A stretch of DNA of 32,000 nucleotides from Vibrio vulnificus CMCP6 (GTDB lineage Bacteria > Pseudomonadota > Gammaproteobacteria > Enterobacterales > Vibrionaceae). Every line of letters begins with the position of its first letter. Position 1 is the stretch's first letter. Below the pieces are notes generated by a model. The model worked only from the letters and a program-made list of their open reading frames with translations. It searched no databases and was not told the DNA's origin. Both the position numbers and the translations under genes were made by a program. Location of the stretch: NCBI RefSeq assembly GCF_000039765.1, contig NC_004460.2:1380001-1412000 (forward strand). Direction: 5' to 3'. Shown piece after piece: positions 9,382 to 18,598 of the stretch.

Positions 9382-10707
9382 TTATTGCGAATATGCGAGT
9401 GAGCTTTCTGCATCAACCAATGTTTTCCCCTCTGAAGCCTTCAACGACAGCGCCGTACTCATGGCATAACAGTGGTTTAAGTTCTGATCGAGTTTTGCGT
9501 ACACATCTCCATCCAATTGGTTTTGTTCCACCATCGGCCACATGATGTCGGTGATCTCTTGTGGTGACAGTTTGCTTCGATAGGGACGGTTTTGCGACAA
9601 GGCTTGGAAAACATCAGCAATCGCAATGATGCGTGATGGCAAATCAAGTTGCTCAGCGGTTTTGTTGTACGGGTAGCCACTGCCATCGAGCCTTTCATGA
9701 TGATTGGCCGCCCACTGGGCGATATTGGAATGAGGGAAAATCATATTGAGCGCGACCGCGGTATCGACAGTATGACGCTTAATGTGGATGTATTCGATTT
9801 CACTCAGTGGCCCTTCTTTGTGCAAGATGCTATCGGGAGTTCTCAACTTGCCAATGTCGTGCACCAAACCCGCAACGTAGATCAGCTTGCTGGTGGATTT
9901 TGGAAGGCCCATTTGCAGGGCCAAGTATTCGCTTAACTCGGCCACTTTTAAGGAGTGTTGATACGTAAACGGGCTTTTCGCATCGACGATGCCAGCAATA
10001 AAACGGCCCAGTTGAATCAGAGCGGAAATCGACAGATCTTGATGCAACCATTTCAATTGGCTAAAAGAGAACGGGACGGTTTCGATATGGGTTGAGTCCA
10101 TAGCAAACCAAAAACCATCTCGGTGGACTAGTGTGATCAGCGCGTCAACAAAGGTCGGGCAGAAGAGTGTGCCACGATAAAAATACAGTTCCTCACTGAT
10201 CGCCTTTTTGTACAAGGTGATGAGATCTTGTTGGGTATGACTTAAGTATTTGGCTCGCAAGAAGTCTAGCCGGTCGGCTAAGTAAATGAGCGCGGCGACA
10301 TCTTTCTCATAGGGGCTGATTGGCGCGTGCTGTAAATGGAGCCAATCGGTGTGGTGGTAGAGAATGATGTTGGCAAACTGCGCCAACATATCGCATTGTT
10401 CGAGGGCTTGAAAGCCCACTCGGCAGTGCTGCTCGCTTTCGCTGGGGATCATGTCGCTGATGAGATGCGAATGTTCTGCCGTCTGGGAGACACCACAGTC
10501 GTGAATTAAGCCCGCTAAGAAGCTGAATTCTTGTTTCTTTTTCTCCCAACCAAGCAGTTTTGCGCACTCATACGCGGTGTAAGCAACTCTGTGGTTGTGG
10601 TGAAGATCGTCCATGCCGACATAATCTAAGGCACGCGCTACCCAGATCAACGCGTGTTTGAGATCCACGCAAAACGGTTCATGCATTGCAGGTTTGATCG
10701 CTTCCAT
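9382..10707 (-). CDS. Tandem HD / HD-GYP domain phosphohydrolase (cyclic-dinucleotide phosphodiesterase)
   Basis: The C-terminal domain has QHSLKV, GLVHDIGKL and ANHHERLDGSGYPY (HD-GYP). The N-terminal domain has HHNHRV, GLIHDCGVS and LYHHTDW, so HD-type metal ligands are kept but there is no GYP. Confidence 0.9.
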   Translation of the reverse strand: MEAIKPAMHEPFCVDLKHALIWVARALDYVGMDDLHHNHRVAYTAYECAKLLGWEKKKQEFSFLAGLIHDCGVSQTAEHSHLISDMIPSESEQHCRVGFQALEQCDMLAQFANIILYHHTDWLHLQHAPISPYEKDVAALIYLADRLDFLRAKYLSHTQQDLITLYKKAISEELYFYRGTLFCPTFVDALITLVHRDGFWFAMDSTHIETVPFSFSQLKWLHQDLSISALIQLGRFIAGIVDAKSPFTYQHSLKVAELSEYLALQMGLPKSTSKLIYVAGLVHDIGKLRTPDSILHKEGPLSEIEYIHIKRHTVDTAVALNMIFPHSNIAQWAANHHERLDGSGYPYNKTAEQLDLPSRIIAIADVFQALSQNRPYRSKLSPQEITDIMWPMVEQNQLDGDVYAKLDQNLNHCYAMSTALSLKASEGKTLVDAESSLAYSQ

Positions 10708-10850
10708 TGTCGACTCCTAGACTGCTGACGTGCTTTAGCACTAACGTTGCATTACTAATATGCACTCTCATGCTTAAAGTTTAGTCGAGTTTCGTTGAGC
10801 CGTTGTCCTTCAGCCCAAATTCCCTTTTGCGCAAACACAAAACTGTGAGG

Positions 10851-12659
10851 CTAACCTTGCGTCGGGGTTGAAATATCACGCTGACGCAGTTGCAGCTTAG
10901 AAATGCGCTTAGTAAGGGTATAAATGCGTTTGAGTGTTTCCACCCATTCCATTTCATAACGGAAAATCCGCAGGCGGTTGGGCTGCTCTTCCGATAAACG
11001 CTGCGCTTGGTGCGCCAACACGGCGTCAATCAACGAGTTCAGCTCGCGTTTGGCATTCAAAACCAACTGGGCCGTGGCGGGATCATCGCGGCGAATGGCG
11101 TTGACGCAATCGAGCAAGGTTCGGTTCACTTTGTCTTGCACCGTATCCAAGGTGGTGCGCATTTGTGGGCTGACCACAATATCGTCGTTGAGCGCCTTGT
11201 ACGCCAACGGCAGTAAGGAGTTCACCACCAAATCAGCGATGCTTTCCAATTGATCGGTGATGCTGATCAGCTTAATTTGCCGTGCACTTTGCGCGTTGGA
11301 GAGCGGCTCGCGACGCAGGCGTCCTAAGTAAGACAGAATCGAGCTATGCAGCTGATCAACTTCTTCTTCAATCAATTCGATCTGGTTAAGGCTTTCACGA
11401 ACTAAGCTGGTCTCGTTCGCATCTTTACATTCTGGCGCGAGAGGGGGCAGCATGTTGAGCATATTACACACCCTTCTGCCAACTCGGCCGAGTTCGAGTT
11501 GCGCTTGATCTAACGCGATATCGGGCGTTGGTAAAAAGGCGTCGTTGATGTATTTGGTTTGAATGGTGGCTTCGCTTTTTTCGGTTGATGTATGGGGCAA
11601 GAGTTTGCGAACCAGCCAAACAAACACGCTAGCAAACGGAAGCATGATCAAGGTGTTTAACACATTAAACAGTGTGTTGGCATTGGCGATTTGCCGTGGC
11701 AACTCGGCGGCCATTCGCTCCACGCCACTGAGCTCGGGATGCAGGGGCGAAAGAAACACAGCAAATTGCCCTAGAAGGCTAATCATGGGCAGCCAAATCA
11801 TCACACCGCTGAGGTTAAAGATGATGTGAATCGCAGCGGCTTGAACGGCTTCTCTTGGCTTGCCAATAGAGGCTAAGACCGCCGTGACACAGGTACCAAT
11901 ATTGGCACCCATTGCCAATGCAATCCCGGTTTCGAGTGGAATAAAACCTTGGCCAGCTAAGACGATGACGATACCGGTTGTCGCCGAAGAGGATTGCACT
12001 AAGGCGGTAAAGGCAGCGGCAATCAAAATTGCCAGCAACAAGTTATCCATGTGCGCCATCAAATCAATAAAGGGTTGATAGCTTCTCAGCGGTGCCATCG
12101 CTTCGCTCATCAAGTTCATCCCAAGAAAGATCAAACCGAGGCCAAACAGCATATTGCCGTAGTGCTGGGTGGTTTCCTTTTTCGAGGTGAAAAACATCAT
12201 AAAACCGATCGCCACCATCACCAATGCCGCCTTGGTGACTTTGAAGGCAATGATTTGCGCGGTGACCGTGGTGCCGATGTTGGCTCCCATGATGACGCCG
12301 ACCGCTTGTGGTAGCGACATTAATCCGGCAGAAATAAAACCCACCAGCAGCACCGTAGTCACCGATGAGGATTGAATGATCGCCGTAATGCCCGTGCCCG
12401 TTAGCACCCCTGCGACACGGTTGGTAGTGAGTTTAGCCAGCCATTGTTTCATCTTATTGCCAGCGGCGCGTTTGAGTGCATCCGACATTTTTTCCATGCC
12501 GTAGAGGAAAATCGCCAGCCCGCCTAAAAGCCCGATCGTCATGGGCAAATAGTCGATTTGTTGCGCACCAGAGGCAGCCAATAAAGGGAAGGAAGGAAAT
12601 AAAGCCAGCACGAAAAGTGCTGAGCGAGGAAAAGCAAACATGCGGCTTAAACTCATCAT
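10851..12659 (-). CDS. Na+/phosphate cotransporter family protein with C-terminal PhoU-like domain (YjbB/NptA-like)
   Basis: Duplicated Na_Pi_cotrans signatures (QSSSVTTVLLVGF and VQSSSATTGIVIVLA, GANIGT twice) followed by a helical soluble C-terminal half. I trimmed the start to ATG 12659 (MMSLSRMF...), and this choice is uncertain. Confidence 0.85.
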   Translation of the reverse strand: MMSLSRMFAFPRSALFVLALFPSFPLLAASGAQQIDYLPMTIGLLGGLAIFLYGMEKMSDALKRAAGNKMKQWLAKLTTNRVAGVLTGTGITAIIQSSSVTTVLLVGFISAGLMSLPQAVGVIMGANIGTTVTAQIIAFKVTKAALVMVAIGFMMFFTSKKETTQHYGNMLFGLGLIFLGMNLMSEAMAPLRSYQPFIDLMAHMDNLLLAILIAAAFTALVQSSSATTGIVIVLAGQGFIPLETGIALAMGANIGTCVTAVLASIGKPREAVQAAAIHIIFNLSGVMIWLPMISLLGQFAVFLSPLHPELSGVERMAAELPRQIANANTLFNVLNTLIMLPFASVFVWLVRKLLPHTSTEKSEATIQTKYINDAFLPTPDIALDQAQLELGRVGRRVCNMLNMLPPLAPECKDANETSLVRESLNQIELIEEEVDQLHSSILSYLGRLRREPLSNAQSARQIKLISITDQLESIADLVVNSLLPLAYKALNDDIVVSPQMRTTLDTVQDKVNRTLLDCVNAIRRDDPATAQLVLNAKRELNSLIDAVLAHQAQRLSEEQPNRLRIFRYEMEWVETLKRIYTLTKRISKLQLRQRDISTPTQG

Positions 12660-12848
12660 AGCGACCACTCTAATTGTTTTAATTATCACTAATAAGAATA
12701 GACAGATTTTGCGTGGCAAGGGGAAAAGCTTCTTGGTCGATTTCTGCGACTGATCTCCTGAAAATCAGCGCTTGGCGGTTTATAAAATAGGTGAGTAGAG
12801 CGAACAGCGATATATTTTGTAAGGATATAATGATAAGGGACGAGATTT

Positions 12849-15596
12849 ATGCGGAACATGTTGTTCTTCCCAGTATTACTACTGTCAGGTTGTGCTTTAA
12901 CCCCCAACTCCACGCCATTACAACAAGACGCCAACTGGACGGTTGGTCAGTTGCCCAATGGCATGAAATACCACATTTACCCTACGGATGATCAGGAGAT
13001 CTCGCTGCGTTTTACCGTCAATATTGGTTCCTTCCAAGAAAATGAGCAGCAAAAAGGGTATGCGCATTTTGTGGAACACATGGCGTTCAATGGTAGCCAA
13101 CATTTTTCAGGTAACGAGGTGATCAAACTGTTCGCGCAAGCGGGCGGCAGTTTTGGTGCTGACATCAATGCGTTTACCGCGTATCAGCAAACCACCTACA
13201 AACTCGAACTCAATGATGCCAGTCATCTACAGCAAGCATTGACTTGGATGCGAGATGTCAGCGATGGTATCGAGTTTGATCCTCAAGAAGTGGAAAAAGA
13301 GAAAGGCGTGATTTTAGGCGAGTGGCGACGCTCACGCCCTGAAGATAAATCCTTCTCGTTTAATGCCTACTACGCTTCCATTGATGGCACGATTTATGAG
13401 AAGCATGATCCCATTGGCGATCAAGAATCGATTGAAAATGCCACGGCAGAATCCTTAAAGTCCTTCTACCAAACTTGGTATCAACCGCAATATTCTGAGT
13501 TGATCATTACCGGTAATGTTGGTGTTGAAGAGATCGCCGCCATCATTGATGAAAAGTTTGCCAATTGGCAGACAACGGCCAACAACACCGTTGAGAAACG
13601 CCGCGATATTCCGGTAAAAACGGAGCCTAGAGTGCTGTTTAGCAGTGTGATGGAATCGCCAAGTGTCCATTTTGCTATCGACCGTGGGTTTGTTGGTATG
13701 CGCACACAAGCGCAACAACACCAGATGTGGCATGACGATGTCAGTGCTAAGTTGATTCAACAGCGCCTCTATTCTGTGCTCAATGATGCTGCGGAGCCGT
13801 TTCAGTACGTCTACGCCAATGCGTTTGCCAATAACTACAGCCGCCTGATTGCAGGTGGGGTGTCCTTTGCGCCGAGCCAGCGCCACGACATGCATCGTTT
13901 GTTTGTTGAGACATTGGCGTCGCTGCGCGACTATGGTGTCAGCCAGCAGGAGCTCGACAGCGTGATGTCTGGTTATCGTAGTGAGTTGACGAACTTGGAA
14001 AGTGATTGGCAGCAACGTAAGCCCTTTCATTTCGCTGATAGCCGGATGATCGATTTGGACCAAAACAACGTCACTCAATCGAAGCAAGATTATCAAGCCA
14101 ATCTTACCCAGTTTATTGCGCTGAATTCCCTTGAAACGGCCAACAAGCAGTTGCAAGGCGCACTTGATCAACCCGTGCCATTCGTGATGGGGCTCGGGCA
14201 AGGCGATCGCATGGCAAAGTGGGCAACCACACCAATGAAAATCGCCGAAGCGTATCAACGCCCTGGAGTGAAGCCATTAACCCTTGCAGCGAAAGATGAA
14301 GGTTTTCTTCAGCCGCAGCAGGCTGGGCAAATTGTCGATGTTCAAGACCATGAAGGTGGGTTCAAAGTCTATTCGCTTTCCAATGGTGTCGAAGTCTGGT
14401 TCCAGCAAGACAGCAAAGCGGGTGATCGCGCTTACATCAACTTTGCCAGCCTAGGGGGTAAAGCTGCGATTGATCCGAGTTTGTATCCCGCCTATGAATT
14501 AGCAACCCATACCGCCGTTCGCAGCGGCTTGGGCGATTTTTCCGGCACGGAACTGGACAGCTATCTGCGCAAAAATGATTTGATGCTCAATCCTATTTTA
14601 GGCACCACCTATCATGGTGTGGAAATGATCGGTGCCAAAGAAAAATTGGCTATCACTTTGAATGCGCTCTACAACCTTGCTACAGAAATCAATATCGATC
14701 CACGCCAGTTGCAGGCTGTGAAGAAAGAGTTTGAGCAAAACCGTTCAGCTTATTTGAAATCCGGTGTTGGTCAATTGGTCTTGAAGGGCAATCAGTCTTC
14801 TTATCCAGATCATACTCGACATCGCCTCGTGACGGCGGACGAAGTGAGCCCCGTGACCGTAGAGCAAATCGACGCGATTCATCAAACCTTGTTTGGCCAA
14901 AATCGTGGATTCAAAATGGTTCTGATTGCCGATCTTACGCCGGAGCAAGTGGCGCCATTGCTGAGACAATATGTGGCGTCTATCGAGATGCAACCCGCGC
15001 CAGCGTTGGATTATGCCGTTGTGTATAAAGACAACTTACCGGCGTACAGCGTGGTGAAAGAGGGCAGTGAGAAGTCAACCTTACATTTGGTACGCGTGTT
15101 GAACCCCCACGTCGCAGCAAAAGTGGGCAAAGATATGTTTATCGAAGACATGCTGCAAAGAATCAGCTTAGCGCGAGTGCTCACACAACTGCGAGAAGAA
15201 GCGAGTTTGGATTACAGCCCTGCGGTGTATCCGATGATGCAAGATCAAGAAACGGTGTCAGATTGGTTCTTTGAATCGCAGATAGCCCCCAAAGACGCTA
15301 AGTTGATGGACCAGCAAATCGAGCAAGTGATTGCTGAGTTGTCGGAAAATATCACGCAAGAGGAAGTGGACACCGCAGCAAAACAGCTCAGTGTTGACTT
15401 AAGAGCAATGGACAGCGATCCCCGTTTTCGCAACGGCTTCTATACCCGTTACTTGATTAACCATTACGGGATTGATGCCCTGCTGAACTATGAGCAAACC
15501 GCACAAAGTGTCACGCTGGAAGAGGTCAAACAGAGAGCCAAAGTGACCTTTGGCCCAGGCACTAAACGCATGACCTTGTTGTTGGAGCCGAAATAG
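12849..15596 (+). CDS. M16-family zinc metallopeptidase (PqqL-like double-insulinase), lipoprotein
   Basis: Inverted zinc motif HFVEHMAFNG (HxxEH), lipobox LLLSGC at residues 10-15, a 915-aa two-module length, and SD AAGGGA upstream. Confidence 0.9.
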   Translation: MRNMLFFPVLLLSGCALTPNSTPLQQDANWTVGQLPNGMKYHIYPTDDQEISLRFTVNIGSFQENEQQKGYAHFVEHMAFNGSQHFSGNEVIKLFAQAGGSFGADINAFTAYQQTTYKLELNDASHLQQALTWMRDVSDGIEFDPQEVEKEKGVILGEWRRSRPEDKSFSFNAYYASIDGTIYEKHDPIGDQESIENATAESLKSFYQTWYQPQYSELIITGNVGVEEIAAIIDEKFANWQTTANNTVEKRRDIPVKTEPRVLFSSVMESPSVHFAIDRGFVGMRTQAQQHQMWHDDVSAKLIQQRLYSVLNDAAEPFQYVYANAFANNYSRLIAGGVSFAPSQRHDMHRLFVETLASLRDYGVSQQELDSVMSGYRSELTNLESDWQQRKPFHFADSRMIDLDQNNVTQSKQDYQANLTQFIALNSLETANKQLQGALDQPVPFVMGLGQGDRMAKWATTPMKIAEAYQRPGVKPLTLAAKDEGFLQPQQAGQIVDVQDHEGGFKVYSLSNGVEVWFQQDSKAGDRAYINFASLGGKAAIDPSLYPAYELATHTAVRSGLGDFSGTELDSYLRKNDLMLNPILGTTYHGVEMIGAKEKLAITLNALYNLATEINIDPRQLQAVKKEFEQNRSAYLKSGVGQLVLKGNQSSYPDHTRHRLVTADEVSPVTVEQIDAIHQTLFGQNRGFKMVLIADLTPEQVAPLLRQYVASIEMQPAPALDYAVVYKDNLPAYSVVKEGSEKSTLHLVRVLNPHVAAKVGKDMFIEDMLQRISLARVLTQLREEASLDYSPAVYPMMQDQETVSDWFFESQIAPKDAKLMDQQIEQVIAELSENITQEEVDTAAKQLSVDLRAMDSDPRFRNGFYTRYLINHYGIDALLNYEQTAQSVTLEEVKQRAKVTFGPGTKRMTLLLEPK

Positions 15597-15649
15597 CAAA
15601 GACACAGAAAGGGGAGAAGCGATTGATAGCCCAACCATGTGCTTGAAAT

Positions 15650-15684
15650 AAAAATGGATTAGCTTTTCGGCTAATCCATTTTTT
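15650..15684. terminator. Bidirectional rho-independent terminator
   Basis: AAAAATGGATTAGC-ttttcg-GCTAATCCATTTTT has A and T tracts on both sides and lies between convergent genes. Confidence 0.85.
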
Positions 15685-15709
15685 ACGCTAATCCAATTGT
15701 GCTCTGCGA

Positions 15710-16195
15710 TTACTCGTAATCTGAGGCGTAGGTTTCTTCGTAGGTGTGCGAGTAAAGCTCAAACAAGTTACCAAATGGGTCTTCTAGGTAGACCATTTTC
15801 GCAGGTTTGCTGTCGTCTTCTGGGTGGTAACGCATGATGTCCATACGCACTTTCCCGCCAAACTCTTCTGTGCGTTTAATGACGCCTTCAAAATCATCGG
15901 TTTGTAGACAGAAATGGAAGATGCCCAGGCGAGAGAAATCCACAACGTGACGCTCTTGGCGCTCTTTCATTTCAAACAGCTCAACGCCAATGCCGTCGGT
16001 GGTGACCAAGTGAGCAATGTTGAAGCCTTTAAAACCCTCGCCAAATACTGCAATACACATTCTGCCGATAGCGCTTTCACGCTCTTCCACCACTTTAGTG
16101 TTGTTCATGACAACTCTTAGGCCAAGTGCATGGGTGTAAAACTCCACCGCTTTATCCATGTCACCGACCATGATGCCTACGTGATTCATTTTCAT
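15710..16195 (-). CDS. VOC/glyoxalase-family protein
   Basis: MNHVGIMVGDMDKAVEFYTHALGL is a typical VOC beta-alpha-beta-beta-beta start and the size is right. I trimmed the start to ATG 16195, which has GGAG upstream. The track extension is low-complexity sequence overlapping the promoter region. Confidence 0.85.
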   Translation of the reverse strand: MKMNHVGIMVGDMDKAVEFYTHALGLRVVMNNTKVVEERESAIGRMCIAVFGEGFKGFNIAHLVTTDGIGVELFEMKERQERHVVDFSRLGIFHFCLQTDDFEGVIKRTEEFGGKVRMDIMRYHPEDDSKPAKMVYLEDPFGNLFELYSHTYEETYASDYE

Positions 16196-16300
16196 TGTTC
16201 TGCTCCAAACGCTCGTGAGTTCAATTCGTTGATTGGTGTCGATCAGCAAATCCTGTTGATTGCTTAATCCGTTTCGATGGAGAGAGTATAGGGAGTTAGA

Positions 16301-16334
16301 ATTATTACTTGAAATTATCATAATTTATTACTTT
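16301..16334. promoter_or_regulatory. Candidate LysR binding region in the divergent VOC/LysR intergenic
   Basis: Direct repeat TTATTACTT (16302-16310 and 16325-16333, 23 bp apart) flanks the 5-1-5 palindrome ATTATcATAAT (16314-16324). The region is AT-rich and 49-82 nt upstream of the LysR ATG. Confidence 0.4.
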
Positions 16335-16382
16335 AATAATTTTTTGTTTTTATCATTAAGCAATCACTCAGGCGGGCAAGCG

Positions 16383-17258
16383 ATGTTAAATCCAGTTTGG
16401 CTGACGACCTTTAAAACCTTAATTGAGGTCGGCCACTTTACCAAAACTGCGGAAAAGCTTTTCATGACTCAACCGGGTGTCAGCCAACACATTCGCAAGC
16501 TGGAAGAGAGCTGCGGTGCTGCGCTCATTGAGCGGGACAAAAAGAGTTTTGAAATCACCGAAGCGGGGCTGCGCGTCTATCAATACGCAAAGCAGTTAGA
16601 AAGTGAGCAAGCAGAACTGCTGCAAAGTCTGCAGTTTGACAACCCACATGCGGGGGTCTGCCGGATGGCGTGTTCGGGGGCTTTGGGGTTAAAGCTTTAT
16701 CCGCAGCTGCTCGATTTACAATGTAAATACCCAGAACTGATCCCACAGTTGGAAGTGGCACCGAATCACAAAATCATTCAAGCGGTGCTCAATGGCGAAG
16801 CCGATTTAGGTATCGTGACCCACTTGCCGCAACCAGCCTTGTTTGAGGTACAAGCGCTGGGCTCGGATGAACTTTGTCTGTTTTATCCCGCCAAGTTTAG
16901 AGGGGAAACGCTCGCCAGTATTATCGAGTTAGGCTTGATTGAGCATCCTGATGCGCCGCACTATTTAGAACTCTATTTGGCGCTGTGTGGGGAAGTTGAG
17001 CAAGGTCTAGATAGACGACAGGTTCAAAGCTCAGGCTATGTGAATCAACTGAGCCAAATTCTTTTGCCCGTCGCTCGGGGGCTTGGATTCACCGTATTAC
17101 CACGCTCAGCAATGAGCCAATTTTCATTGACGGAGCACTTGGCCATCTACCCAAGCGCTCAGAGAGTGGAGGAATCTCTTTACTTAATCAGCAAAAAAGC
17201 GCGCACTCTGCCAGCACGCTTTGAGGTGGTGGCGCAAGTTATACGACAAGAGCTGTAG
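16383..17258 (+). CDS. LysR-family transcriptional regulator
   Basis: N-terminal wHTH FTKTAEKLFMTQPGVSQHIRKLE, about 290 aa, divergent from the VOC gene. Start trimmed to ATG 16383 (MLNPVWLTTF). Confidence 0.9.
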   Translation: MLNPVWLTTFKTLIEVGHFTKTAEKLFMTQPGVSQHIRKLEESCGAALIERDKKSFEITEAGLRVYQYAKQLESEQAELLQSLQFDNPHAGVCRMACSGALGLKLYPQLLDLQCKYPELIPQLEVAPNHKIIQAVLNGEADLGIVTHLPQPALFEVQALGSDELCLFYPAKFRGETLASIIELGLIEHPDAPHYLELYLALCGEVEQGLDRRQVQSSGYVNQLSQILLPVARGLGFTVLPRSAMSQFSLTEHLAIYPSAQRVEESLYLISKKARTLPARFEVVAQVIRQEL

Positions 17259-17286
17259 AGACACTGGGACGAAAAACGGGTTGCGG

Positions 17287-18228
17287 TTATTGAGGTGTGG
17301 AGGCAGATCCTTGCTCCTGTAGCGCTTCGGCTAATTTTCTCTTTAGCCACAATATCGTTGGGCTTGCTTGGTACTTCTCATGAAAATAAATGTTGATGTC
17401 GGTATTGAGTGGCGTGGGGCCAAAAGAAATATCGATAGAGCGCAGGCCCGATTGGCCATCAAGGTTTAAATAGCGTGAACCAAGAAACAGCATATCGCTG
17501 TTTTTGGTCACCTCAATCACCGCCGAAGGCAACTCTGAGCGAAAGCCGACCTTGGCTTGGTGCCCATAGATTTGCAGGAGTTTTTCCGCGACAGATTGGG
17601 TGTAGTTCCAGTCAGCGGCGATCAGCGTGGAAAACTCAAATTGATGGCCATCTTCCACTCGCGCGCTGCTTTGTTTATAGGGATGATCGTCACGTACGTA
17701 GGCTCTAAAGGTATCTTTAGCTATGGTGGTGTGTAGCACCTCTTTCGGCAAACGTTCTATGGCGTAATTCAAACCAAGATGAACCTTATCATTCACGATG
17801 TCTTCGACGCTGGATTTCCCCCAATTGAGGAACTGGATTTGAGCGTGAGGAGCTTCTGCGCGAATCAAGGTAAATAGGCGTTGGGCAATCCCAGTTAGCA
17901 GAAATGGGGAGACAACAATTCTAAGCGGCCTATCAATTTGGCTCGGGTCAAACCCACCAGAATAGTTCACCACATGCATCAAATCATTCATCACTGGGGC
18001 CAGTGATTCGGCGAGTTGTTCGGCAAACTCCGTGGCTTTGAGCCCGTGATAGGTCTTCACAAAGAGCTCATCACCGAATGAGTCTCTTAAGCGCTGCAGC
18101 GATTTACTCACCGCCGGTTGAGAGATAAAAAGCCTCTCGGCGGCTTTACGCATGTTTCTTTCTTGGTTGAGAATCAAAAAAGTTCGCAATAAGTTAAGGT
18201 CGAGTTTTGAAAAGAGATCTCTTGCCAT
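17287..18228 (-). CDS. LysR-family transcriptional regulator
   Basis: wHTH LNLLRTFLILNQERNMRKAAERLFISQPAVSKSLQRLR and a 313-aa length. Confidence 0.9.
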   Translation of the reverse strand: MARDLFSKLDLNLLRTFLILNQERNMRKAAERLFISQPAVSKSLQRLRDSFGDELFVKTYHGLKATEFAEQLAESLAPVMNDLMHVVNYSGGFDPSQIDRPLRIVVSPFLLTGIAQRLFTLIRAEAPHAQIQFLNWGKSSVEDIVNDKVHLGLNYAIERLPKEVLHTTIAKDTFRAYVRDDHPYKQSSARVEDGHQFEFSTLIAADWNYTQSVAEKLLQIYGHQAKVGFRSELPSAVIEVTKNSDMLFLGSRYLNLDGQSGLRSIDISFGPTPLNTDINIYFHEKYQASPTILWLKRKLAEALQEQGSASTPQ

Positions 18229-18308
18229 TTACTGGAGTCCAATCCATCTGAAATCGCTGTGTAGCATGAGTATAAGTGATTGAGAGATATAAGCGATACC
18301 TGTTCGCC

Positions 18309-18331
18309 ATTGCCGTGATTGTCACGGCAAT
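18309..18331 (-). terminator. Hairpin downstream of the chaA/small-ORF unit (possible terminator or insulator)
   Basis: ATTGCCGTGA-ttg-TCACGGCAAT is a perfect 10-bp stem, but there is no clear U-tail on the minus strand. Confidence 0.45.
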
Positions 18332-18347
18332 TTGCTGAAGGGATCTG

Positions 18348-18440
18348 TTACAGATAGACGTAAAATGGCAAGCCAAAGCCAATGAACAGTGCGCCAAAAA
18401 TAGTCAAACGGAAAAAGTGGTTCATGATGCGAGTCAACAT
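18348..18440 (-). CDS. Candidate 30-aa hydrophobic small protein
   Basis: MLTRIMNHFFRLTIFGALFIGFGLPFYVYL has SD AAGAGG 7 nt upstream of ATG 18440 and one predicted TM helix. The track's 66-aa version has no SD. Confidence 0.45.
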   Translation of the reverse strand: MLTRIMNHFFRLTIFGALFIGFGLPFYVYL

Positions 18441-18598
18441 ATCAGGGCCTCTTGAATGAGTGGTGGGTTTGTCGCTGCAATACCCGAGTAAAGAGTAGAA
18501 AAAGGTGATATCCCTATCTGTTTTTCCCTGAGCCGAGGCTAGTTTCACGTTATGGTTTTATGTTACGCATGTGGTGTCAGTCCGTGGTCTAGCGAGAA

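Noticed and set aside
12660-12848. A possible Pho box (CTGTCTA...) upstream of the Na/Pi transporter gene.
   Set aside because: Only one degenerate 7-mer half-site is present, and there is no second repeat at 11-bp spacing.
13455-14258. A 267-aa ORF on the minus strand inside the M16 peptidase gene. Similar antisense ORFs occur at 3850-4296, 4298-4606, 1582-1899, 7150-7488, 28733-29161 and 30465-30899.
   Set aside because: Each lies entirely within a well-supported gene on the opposite strand. They have no SD and an odd R/H/L-rich composition, which makes them typical shadow ORFs.
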